Shown here one piece after another: positions 43,101-48,450 of a stretch of DNA of 64,000 bases. A model generated the notes under the pieces. The model saw nothing but the letters and a program-made list of their open reading frames with translations. It searched no databases and was not told where the DNA came from. Both the position numbers and the translations under genes were made by a program. Source of the stretch: Halarcobacter sp. Its GTDB lineage: Bacteria > Campylobacterota > Campylobacteria > Campylobacterales > Arcobacteraceae. The number at the start of each line of letters is the position of its first letter. Positions within the stretch are counted from its first letter, which is position 1. Location: positions 224,001 to 288,000 of the forward strand of contig OY781089.1 in assembly GCA_963676565.1 (NCBI GenBank), written 5' to 3'.

Positions 43101-43869
43101 TTAATGTAAAATTTACACCAGCAACAGTTACCAAAGATATCCCATCTGGAGAATCGATTGAAAAACTACCATTGTAAATATCGCTATTATCAGATGAACT
43201 TAAAAGTCCAGATTCATAAACAGTTCCAGCATCTCCAATAATCAATACGGGAGAAAGATCACCCTCTGCGGCATCAACTTCTCCACTAGGGTTTGCTGGA
43301 TCAAAAGTTGTACCTCTTCCTCTTCCAACTACACTATTTACTTGTCCAGATGGATCAATAGGGTCATTTGTTAGACCTCCTGTATCACCAACTTCACCTC
43401 CAGCTGCTGCAGCATCTAATTGTTCTGCTAAAGCACCGAAACCATCAATAACAATACCATCAAGAAAAGTAGGATCAGGATTATTCGTATCAGCTAATAA
43501 TTCTTTTAATTGGCTAATAACATTATCACCTTCAAAGTCATAATTTAAGGCAGTTTCATTAAGTTCTTTAAGACCATCTTCGTCATTCATAATACCAAGA
43601 ACAGTTTTTTCTTTTTCATTAGCAATGCCATCAGAGGCCTTGATGAAATCTGCCATATTTTCTAAAACTATAACAATTCTTTCACCATTACCAGCAAAAA
43701 CAAGTTCAATAGTACTTTCACCATCTTTTAGATCTAAAGTATATTGTCTGCTTCCATCTGAGTTATCAAAGTAAAACTGTTGTCCAGCACTAGGAGAGAA
43801 GGTCGTATTCTCTGAAATCTCTTTCGTTTCAACTAGACCATTTGGATTTTTTATTATTAACTTAATCAT
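31120..43869 (-). CDS. Giant type I-secreted repetitive adhesin (LapA/BapA-like), 4249 aa, with five vWA domains
   Basis: Very acidic; many Ig-like/T1SS-143-type repeats (D.DGD...I.DD.P); five FTLDVSxSM MIDAS motifs; no Sec signal; T1SS-type C-terminus; cognate T1SS genes upstream. Confidence 0.92.
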   Translation of the reverse strand: MIKLIIKNPNGLVETKEISENTTFSPSAGQQFYFDNSDGSRQYTLDLKDGESTIELVFAGNGERIVIVLENMADFIKASDGIANEKEKTVLGIMNDEDGLKELNETALNYDFEGDNVISQLKELLADTNNPDPTFLDGIVIDGFGALAEQLDAAAAGGEVGDTGGLTNDPIDPSGQVNSVVGRGRGTTFDPANPSGEVDAAEGDLSPVLIIGDAGTVYESGLLSSSDNSDIYNGSFSIDSPDGISLVTVAGVNFTLTELLATNTTPSNAINVGEGEIVITGFTQISTNLYEVQYEYTLLDNINHDGELDDGDASNNSSSILPSSTIAISVRDNDGDIADAELNLNIVDDTPSADIQYNEENIPTLTTLDEETIGSNESTAKASFSTLFDISNVSIGADNDASASSTITYTLAVKTATTGLTHAGESITVSVDSNGDIIGTTTSGIEVFKVSVDEVSGEVSLTQYEEIDHNAPDNIVGGTDEIIGLADGNVVLYATAVVTDSDEDTATGVANVDISNALQFEDDVPTIKNNQSDLLVKLDESDFDTGIVGQTSATISASAISGLFTYSIGADDTGSVTEEYSLAATDGVSTGLYLTGDTTEILLKENNDGSFSGYVDGDTTTNPVFTISINSATGEVTVTQYQAMEHSDDADVNADVNNDGILDHEETPLNLDDLIKVKLTITDADKDTVSATSEQSLDIRFLDDGPSADLNDAAVDAAKVTNISLTVDESAGAQANPADNVSANSSEADFSSLFKVVGVGGVTASEVYGTDGAGSTSYSLSLTNATGTTVSGVASGLYALGVNGAKGAEILLSEENGLIVGKVGTTTYFTISNTGSTVTFTQTKNVWHSDTTSDNDTESLVLGQLNNEDVSINLTQTVTDADGDTDTATVALASSDTSVDVGVFNIKDDGPSADLNDAAVDAAKVTNISLTVDESAGAQANPADNVSANSSEADFSSLFKVVGVGGVTASEVYGTDGAGSTSYSLSLTDATGTTVSGVASGLYALGVNGAKGAEILLSEENGEIVGKVGTTTYFTISNTGSTVTFTQTKNVWHSDTTSDNDTESLVLGQLNNEDVSINLTQTVTDADGDTDTATVALASSDTSVDVGVFNIKDDGPSAGLNDLVKLDDDTMPNGNAGGIEDDIDSSNATGTLNFDFGTDGAGSVELTGIDSNSYGLTATPNADGSLLSIYQDQGGANPVLVATITVDSATGDYTVTQEAPISHPTLDGLVGDDTENNVNFAITYDVKDADGDKVSGSLNINIDDDTPEANDTETTIDLNPEAVNLVFTLDVSGSMGNDVAGTSQTRLEIAIEAMEQVVADYQAQGRDVLIQVNTFSTSADSAENGKWMTASELSAFLNTLNDNGWTNYEDALAVTQTAYESSTVPTGTTYAYFISDGYPTVEMDDSTSTVGDVTDGNDQDGIDGATADTGYIDAARLDAWNAFVSNPANNIEEVFAVGIGTNVNESYLEQVSSDVTIVDDPADLVSTLQGTVVYETGSLDFSFGADGAADGTGTKQDGDKLAFTWETPTAKDSNGNDITNVTWVVSADGTLITGTNSNGEVVVKIEATDIYTNSPKYVVTQLDKESGIESLKVPYTITDGDGDSVTANLEIDVIIPVDDIPTITVEDALVDEDALPSINTTDTDGYNNVYTETKALTFDFGDDGAGSIQFTGNQTTSITAEGLDITLEYSNNNQTITGVDENGTPIFTISLDPANSEYTFTLHENVDHQQMNVEDLLSDLSLEVEIIDGNGTRATDTITIEIADDIASANNTNVSIDTTLEPINLVFTLDVSGSMGNGSGSKLEKAINAIKDLVSEYENQGRDVNVQINTFSSEVNSTSGWFDSADLNSKLNLTATGLTNYEDALYETQQHYTTPVEGDTYIYFLSDGVPTTELDDRTVDPDDTTGSYNLDNVDDNPYTFLNNEDTYLDQARVDAWDAFVSDPANNIQGVYAVGIEMTDDTYLKQISSDTTIVDSDDLSTQLLSTMINKSGDLDFSFGADGAADGTGIKLDDNKLAFEWQTPTAKDADGNDVSVDWTVSSDGQTIVGKINGDVVIKVEAKDITTDPKYEITQLDKNSGIDDLVMPFTVTDGDGDSASANLNIGIDDKPTIDPNPDLNDPSSIVYEKGLDDSSDDSEKDTGVFKITSPDGITKVEIGGTTFTKAELLDTNNTNSSPIDTVKGTLIITGYDENTGLVSYEYTLKDNLDHPTNNNEIKDEISLKIVDPDGDDATGTLTVTIVDDVPVANADVRSMNEKTDTLSGNVYGNGQTGDVADDIGADSDDAPVYVTGVAKGNDTTNPVSGNVGSSFDGEYGKITLNSDGSYTYDLDNADSRVLALDDGQTLTEEFTYTITDSDGDTSTTTLTITIDGKTDNEPPVVTDASVRVSDEGLSGGLKDTTGENAGDDTTNKVVQTGSVASDPDGDALTVKLTAPTSTLTSEGKTVEWSGEDTDTLVGKINNGTTSNPDWQEVIKIEVDSNGDYTVTQLNQIDHPTNSVEDVVGFDVGVYVKDAKGATDTGTLNVVVEDDMPEANDTETTIDLNPEAVNLVFTLDVSGSMGNDVAGTSQTRLEIAIEAMEQVVADYQAQGRDVLIQVNTFSTSADSAENGKWMTASELSAFLNTLNDNGWTNYEDALAVTQTAYESSTVPTGTTYAYFISDGYPTVEMDDSTSTVGDVTDGNDQDGIDGATADTGYIDAARLDAWNAFVSNPANNIEEVFAVGIGTNVNESYLEQVSSDVTIVDDPADLVSTLQGTVVYETGSLDFSFGADGAADGTGTKQDGDKLAFTWETPTAKDSNGNDITNVTWVVSADGTLITGTNSNGEVVVKIEATDIYTNSPKYVVTQLDKESGIESLKVPYTITDGDGDSVTANLEIDVIIPVDDIPTITVEDALVDEDALPSINTTDTDGYNNVYTETKALTFDFGDDGAGSIQFTGNQTTSITAEGLDITLEYSNNNQTITGVDENGTPIFTISLDPANSEYTFTLHENVDHQQMNVEDLLSDLSLEVEIIDGNGTKATDTITIEIADDIASANDVSKTVEVDSKPVNLVFTLDVSSSMDNDVAGTSKTRLEIAKESIEDLISEYESQGRDVLIQINTFSTTAFGNGTWMSASEVTTYLTNLSDGGWTNYEDALQETVGSYSVSPNGGDTYVYFLSDGYPTVEMNDSTTYNPNDYTSGNHVDGFEDHDGTPYVDSPTLNTWNTFVNDSSNNIAGVYSVGIGTNVSTTYLSLVSSNVLEVDNPADLSATLQGTVVNASGTFDFSFGADGAADGTGVKLDGDKEAFNWGDENLSDGFDEIIVSGSVGTVTWSYANDGVSDDLTTLIGKNSLGETIIKLTATGLDTATPGYTISQLDKDSGIETLTIPYTVTDGDGDSATANLNITINTPIDTNVITCEDISYTFTLDDFDSDATTVRIDSLPVLGTILLNGVAIAAPIEISSTDIDDGKLTFLPDLHQSGRDEYHDAGTGDQQNDYAQFNFSISTDNTATWTSTSSVMTIDVSPVADAPTLSVLGSTENTTTIDLTNVNDTSGGYTVKAYYHYDNDGDGELDEAPISIVTGTTHDGFGVQSTVPSGENPGNDTEINYHPGEGSEVIAIEFENALTSVDVSYAWKHSYDNGDGDGEVAIVDFYKDGVKIGSQEHYDAAQTDTIDGPYTFALPNGGSFDEIRISAKQEGDDFLIHDVRFTELVSSQTELTIESGNDAYFAISSELVDLDGSESFKSIIVDNLPEGFTISDGAHTFTATAALDYVDVKSWDMDAIKVSVPDGITPDEYVLTITAKSEESLNGEITPADPDNCPLEAQISSEFKLIVPDSLPVSYDETNSLVFGDATTNLLFTLDVSGSMNDGVKDSNDNWTTRFEIAKASVISTIQAYAANGETEVNLTLFNSCSANFGWMSTSQAIAFLNDLSMNNHDDLVYSGSNYTFAHLVSHDLSEHATNYYLGLEKTMDVDFNGHDADSTIAYFLSDGNPNNDSWRIDEDSDHTIVEWSNYVSNNIDKLNVIGVGSGATEGPLKIVQVQDGDEVLMVTDDSTLGNVLAGTVTASVNGNVLENISEGNGEISIDSIEVDGNAYTSANFPSSGVELDGDGTLTFDFTSGDYTYTAKSSEFSTDTSKLFSVTASDEDGDSTTVDVTIEVDLTPTQTENVIDLVDADTIDLSGVLSANTDAVDMTNSHANNLEINVDDLVIDDDQELKIFGDSDDKVTLEGGDSNWTSQGKEEINGEIFNVYQGTDGASNIKILIDEDVSIDPDL
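34774..36285. repeat. 1512-bp internal duplication, copy A (vWA plus Ig-like units)
   Basis: Matches 38560-40071 at offset 3786; only one substitution (K/R) noticed by eye. Confidence 0.9.
38560..40071. repeat. 1512-bp internal duplication, copy B
   Basis: Matches 34774-36285; identical shadow ORFs at 35081/38867 and 35577/39363 confirm the offset. Confidence 0.9.
40515..41764. repeat. Tandem 615-bp (205-aa) repeat, two copies plus a short partial
   Basis: CTGCACTTGGTCCATCATCT recurs at 40515, 41130 and 41745; the protein copies differ at about two residues. Confidence 0.9.
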
Positions 43870-43913
43870 GACTTTTCCTTTAAGTATTTTTTTATACTAT
43901 ATTTTATTAAAAA

Positions 43914-43933
43914 AAAGTCTCTATAAAGTCTCT
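43914..43933 (-). promoter_or_regulatory. 11-bp-period direct repeat upstream of the adhesin (OmpR-type site candidate)
   Basis: AAAGTCTCT-AT-AAAGTCTCT, 45-64 nt upstream of the adhesin ATG. Confidence 0.55.
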
Positions 43934-43972
43934 TAAAATGAATTGTTTTATTTTTTTGAATAATTGAAGAAA

Positions 43973-44770
43973 TTACTTATTAGTGATTATTTTAAAAAGT
44001 GCCCCATCTTTTTTATTTTCTACCCAAAGTCTACCATTCATATTGTTTTCAATTATCAATTTTGACATAAATAGACCTATACCTGTACCGTTAATTTTTT
44101 CATAGGTAAAAAATGGTTTGAATATATCCTCAATAGGTTTTACTCTTACTCCTCCTGCATTATCTTCTATACAAATAATAACTTCATCTTCTGTTTCATC
44201 AATAGTTATAATTATCTTTGGATTTTTTATTTTTCTTTGGATTAGTATATCTTTTGCATTATTAATAATATTGATTAAAACCTGAGTATATTCATTTTTA
44301 TAACCATAAATAATTGGATTCTTTTTAACGATAATATCCAACATAATATTGTTATTCTTTAAGCAAGAACTTAAAATATTTAAAGAAGCATTTATTTGTG
44401 AAGATAGTTTAAACTCCTCTTTTTCTTTTGTTGTTGCGAAAAAATTTTTAAAGTCGTCAATAGTATTTGACATATATTTAGTTATTTCATTTAATTTAGT
44501 TATTGTTTCTTTTAACTCTTTTTTATCAATTTCTAAATCAAAATCTATTTTTGCTTGTATTGGGATAAATAATGAAGAGAGTTCCATTAGGGGCTGTCGC
44601 CATTGATGAGCGATATTATTAAGCATTTCTCCCATAGCTGCCATCTTATTTTGTTGGAACATGATTTTATCTTTTTGACGGTTTTTTTCAACCTCTAAAC
44701 TTATAAGTTTTTCAAGTTCTTTATTTTGTTCCTCTAATTCAAGAAATTCATCTAATTTTGTTTGTCTCAT
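43973..44770 (-). CDS. Soluble histidine kinase with no sensor domain
   Basis: Short coiled coil then IAHQWRQPL, NIINNAKD, DNAGG, GTGIGL; an in-frame TGA three codons upstream rules out a longer ORF. Confidence 0.85.
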   Translation of the reverse strand: MRQTKLDEFLELEEQNKELEKLISLEVEKNRQKDKIMFQQNKMAAMGEMLNNIAHQWRQPLMELSSLFIPIQAKIDFDLEIDKKELKETITKLNEITKYMSNTIDDFKNFFATTKEKEEFKLSSQINASLNILSSCLKNNNIMLDIIVKKNPIIYGYKNEYTQVLINIINNAKDILIQRKIKNPKIIITIDETEDEVIICIEDNAGGVRVKPIEDIFKPFFTYEKINGTGIGLFMSKLIIENNMNGRLWVENKKDGALFKIITNK

Positions 44771-44780
44771 GATAAATCAA

Positions 44781-44817
44781 TTAATCTTTAAGGGAGGGAG
44801 AACCCCTTAAAGATTAA
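44781..44817 (-). terminator. Strong hairpin between the WG-repeat gene and the kinase
   Basis: TTAATCTTTAAGGG-N9-CCCTTAAAGATTAA, perfect 14-bp stem. Confidence 0.7.
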
Positions 44818-45578
44818 AAGTTTTCACCTCTTGAAAAAATAGACTCTGTAATCTCTTTTCCTTTAGAGTTTATATATGCTGTTTTTCCATTTAGAATTAC
44901 CTTTGCAAATCCTTTTGAAAAATTAAATGCATAATCATATTTTGGTTGAGCTAAAACATTACAAGATTCATCAATATAACCCCATTTACCATCTTTAACA
45001 GTTCTTGCAAAACCATCAACATAATTGTAAATTTCATCATATTCATCATTAATTTTAAGATTCATATCTTTTGTTATACAACCCCATTTTCCATTTGCAT
45101 TAGACTGTACAAAAGTAGCATCTGCAAAAAACTCTCTTGCTTTTCTAAATATAGGTTTTTGAACAACTTCAAATTTTTTATTCATATATCCATATTTATC
45201 ATCAACTTTAATAAGTGAAAATCCATTGAATAATTTTGAAATAGAGTCATAAATAGGTTTTACAACCATTTCATTTTTTCTATTTACAATTCCATATTTT
45301 CCATTATATTCAACTACAGTATACTCATCACCATAATAATTGTGTAACCAATGTAAGTTTAGAAGATTTGGATGTTTAGTTTTAATGTTTTTATTTTCTG
45401 CATCATCAAAACTCGACATTTCATCATAAATTGGTTTTATTACTACTTCACTATTATTTTCTAAAGTTCCATACTTACCATTTTCATTGATTATTGCTAA
45501 ACTATTTTCACTAGAATTAGAACATCCAGTAAAAACTAACAATAATATAGAACTTAAGAATAGTATTTTTTTTGCCAT
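44814..45578 (-). CDS. WG-repeat lipoprotein
   Basis: Lipobox VFTGC; repeated NGKYG/GKWG...I.P.YD...F..GFA units. Confidence 0.85.
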   Translation of the reverse strand: MAKKILFLSSILLLVFTGCSNSSENSLAIINENGKYGTLENNSEVVIKPIYDEMSSFDDAENKNIKTKHPNLLNLHWLHNYYGDEYTVVEYNGKYGIVNRKNEMVVKPIYDSISKLFNGFSLIKVDDKYGYMNKKFEVVQKPIFRKAREFFADATFVQSNANGKWGCITKDMNLKINDEYDEIYNYVDGFARTVKDGKWGYIDESCNVLAQPKYDYAFNFSKGFAKVILNGKTAYINSKGKEITESIFSRGENF

Positions 45579-45587
45579 AATTTATCC

Positions 45588-46934
45588 TTATTTATTTGGA
45601 TCTGTCTCAATTCTAAACTCAACTCTTCTTGATAATACATAGTTTTCAGTTCCATCTTCATTTAGAACAGATTCAGATGAAGATTTACCATCAGCCACAA
45701 AAGCTTTTTCAATAAATCCTTTATTTTCTACAACTGCATCATCAGTATTTCCTGTGATATATTTTAAAACTTTATCTGCTCTTTTTTGAGAAAGAACTCT
45801 ATTTTTTTCAAATTTTTCTTCAGCAGTTTTTGCTGTTCTATATCTAGATGAAGTGTGCCCTTCAACATGAACAGATGTAATTTCATTACTGTAATCTTTT
45901 AAGATATTCACATATCTTGGGAAGAAACTATTTAAAATCTCTTTATAGTTAGTAGATATTTTACTACTACCTCTTGTAAACATTAATGCTGGGTTTTTAA
46001 ATCTAAAAGTTAGAGTATCCTCATCAATTTCTGCATTCCACTGTTCAAAATCTGGTTCAAACTCTGCTTTTAAAGCATTGTATAAATCATTTAATACATG
46101 AATAGTTAAATCATCTTGGGCTTTACCTCTTTGTTTTGCTGAGTTAATAGCCATTGCCATTGCAGTATAATCACCATTTGCAATTTTTTCCTCAACTTGT
46201 GCACACCATCTATCTCCATTAATAACACCTTCAGTAATTGTCTCACCACCATCAAATGATAATTGAACTTGTCTTACATCAGCATCTAAAACATCACCAC
46301 AAATTTTTGGTGTATTATCGTTGATTACTTCATAATCATCCATAGTAATTAAGTTATAAAATTGTTCAGTAGGAGCTGCAACTTTTTCTGGTTCACTACA
46401 TTCTGCTTCAACATTTTCAGCTCTTAATAGTTTTGCAATTAAAACATCATTTGTTTTTGAAGCATAATGAAGTGGAGACATCTCATATTTATCTAATACA
46501 TCTCTTTTTGCACCATTACAAATTAATAGTTTAGACATATTTGTATATCCATTTCTTGTTGAATCTATTAATGGAGTATCTCCATATTTATCAACACTAT
46601 TAACATTTGCACCATTTTCAATAAGTTTTTCAGCAATATCAAAATGATTAAATCTTGAAGCTAAGTGTAAAGGTGTGTAACCAAACTTGTCTTTTTCGTT
46701 TAAATCAATTTTTTCATTAATAAAAAAATCAACTAATTTCATATCATTAATTCTAACAGCATCATGAATAGATGATTCTGTTAAGATATCCTTATGTTTT
46801 AAACTTGTAACGCTATCTCCATTAACAGTTGTACTAGATTTAGCTGGAACAGAAGTTGTAGAAACTTCTTTACTAGAACATCCACTTAAAACAATTAGTG
46901 TAGCAACACTAAAACCAATCAAATATTTTTTCAT
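45588..46934 (-). CDS. Lipoprotein with ankyrin repeats, an Ig-like domain and an OmpA/ZorB-like peptidoglycan-binding domain
   Basis: Lipobox LSGC; GYTPLHLA, GDTPLIDS, MSPLHYA; NDNTPKICG...NGDYT; EGHTSS...NRVLSQKRA...SRRVEF. Confidence 0.85.
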   Translation of the reverse strand: MKKYLIGFSVATLIVLSGCSSKEVSTTSVPAKSSTTVNGDSVTSLKHKDILTESSIHDAVRINDMKLVDFFINEKIDLNEKDKFGYTPLHLASRFNHFDIAEKLIENGANVNSVDKYGDTPLIDSTRNGYTNMSKLLICNGAKRDVLDKYEMSPLHYASKTNDVLIAKLLRAENVEAECSEPEKVAAPTEQFYNLITMDDYEVINDNTPKICGDVLDADVRQVQLSFDGGETITEGVINGDRWCAQVEEKIANGDYTAMAMAINSAKQRGKAQDDLTIHVLNDLYNALKAEFEPDFEQWNAEIDEDTLTFRFKNPALMFTRGSSKISTNYKEILNSFFPRYVNILKDYSNEITSVHVEGHTSSRYRTAKTAEEKFEKNRVLSQKRADKVLKYITGNTDDAVVENKGFIEKAFVADGKSSSESVLNEDGTENYVLSRRVEFRIETDPNK

Positions 46935-46959
46935 TTTATTCTCCCTTTATTTATTTAAT

Positions 46960-48450
46960 TTATCTTTCATGTAACGAATCTTGTTTTACTTTTAAAATAG
47001 GTTTTAAAATAAAATCCAATATCGTCTTCTTACCAGTTACAATATCAACACTTGCAATCATCCCTGGAATAATTGGAAGTTTTCTTCCATTTCTTTCAAG
47101 GTAATTTTTATCTGTTTTTACAATAACCCGATAATAACTTTTATCTTCTTTTGAGTTTTCATCTACAATAGAATCAGCCGAGATTTCTACAATTTTACCA
47201 ACCAACCCACCATAAATTGAGAAATCGTATGCTGTAATTTTTACAATAGCCTTTTGACTAGGATTTATAAAAGCAATATCTCTTGGATCAATCTTAGCCT
47301 CCACAAGAAGAATATCACTTTGAGGAACTATCTCAACCAAGTCCATACCAGACTTTACAACACCACCAATAGTGTTAAAATTAAGCTGCTTTATAATTCC
47401 ATCAACAGGAGATAAGATTGAAGTTTTAGCAACCTTATCCTCTTCTCCGACTAATTTTGCTTCAAACTTATTTATCAAACTTGCAGTTTTTTGTAATTCA
47501 TCTGATGCTTGTGCCCTAAAAGAGTTTAATTTCTCTGATATCCTATTATTAGCTTCAGATATAGCCAGTTGGGATCTTCTTACTGACAATAAAGAAGCTT
47601 CTAATTCTGCACTTACATCAGTATACTCTTTTTCAATATTTAATAAATCATATTTAGACCTTACACCCCTTTGAACTAATTTTTGGATAGTTGCTTTTTG
47701 CTCTTTGATAAGTAAAAAGCTTTTTTTCAAGTTTTTGATTGTATTTCTAATCTCTTTTAATTCTTGTTTCTTTTGACCTAATTGAGTTTCTAAAACTCTA
47801 ACTGAAGATTTCAATTCTTTATATCTATTTTCCAATAAATTCTTTTCCAATCTATCATAACCAGAAGAGTCTTCCAAAACCTCTTTTGGGAAATTTATTT
47901 TAGGTAATTTTTTTCTAATATCTATTCTTGATTCTATTTCAAGCCTTTCTTTAACGGCTAACAAACTTATATACTCTTGTTTATTTTCTTCTAATGTCGC
48001 TTGAAATCTTGTAGTATCAATTTTCATAATAGGAGTTCCTTGCTTTACAATCTCTCCTTCTTTTACTAATATTTCTGAAATAATTCCACCATCTAAAGAT
48101 TGAACCCTTTGAATTTTATCAGAAGGGATTACCTTACCATTACCTCTAGCAAGTTCATCAACTTCTGCTAATGCAGCCCAGGTTATAGCCCCAATTATAA
48201 AAATAGAAATGAAAATAAATGCTAAATTGGAAAATTTACTTGGATTTTCATTTGCATGGGCATAATTAGAATATATAAATTCTAAATCCTCGTCCTCTTC
48301 ATCTTTTAAACCATATAATCTACCAAACCATCCAACTTTTTTCTTTGATTTCAATTTTTGTGAAGCTTCATTATAAGATTCATTGTAATCTTTATTAAAA
48401 GTTTTTAAGTTTTCTTGTAATAATGTTTCTTTATTTTCCATTATTACCAC
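46960..48450 (-). CDS. Type I secretion membrane fusion protein (HlyD/LapC family)
   Basis: ARGNGKVIPS..IQRVQSLDGGII, SPVDGII, KITAYDFSIYGGL, IIPGMIASVDI.TGKKTILDF. Confidence 0.95.
   Translation of the reverse strand: MVIMENKETLLQENLKTFNKDYNESYNEASQKLKSKKKVGWFGRLYGLKDEEDEDLEFIYSNYAHANENPSKFSNLAFIFISIFIIGAITWAALAEVDELARGNGKVIPSDKIQRVQSLDGGIISEILVKEGEIVKQGTPIMKIDTTRFQATLEENKQEYISLLAVKERLEIESRIDIRKKLPKINFPKEVLEDSSGYDRLEKNLLENRYKELKSSVRVLETQLGQKKQELKEIRNTIKNLKKSFLLIKEQKATIQKLVQRGVRSKYDLLNIEKEYTDVSAELEASLLSVRRSQLAISEANNRISEKLNSFRAQASDELQKTASLINKFEAKLVGEEDKVAKTSILSPVDGIIKQLNFNTIGGVVKSGMDLVEIVPQSDILLVEAKIDPRDIAFINPSQKAIVKITAYDFSIYGGLVGKIVEISADSIVDENSKEDKSYYRVIVKTDKNYLERNGRKLPIIPGMIASVDIVTGKKTILDFILKPILKVKQDSLHER

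Noticed and set aside
45588..46934. A Zorya anti-phage system
   Set aside because: Only a ZorB-like domain is present; there is no zorA, zorC/D/E or ZorB TM helix, and the context is a T1SS operon.
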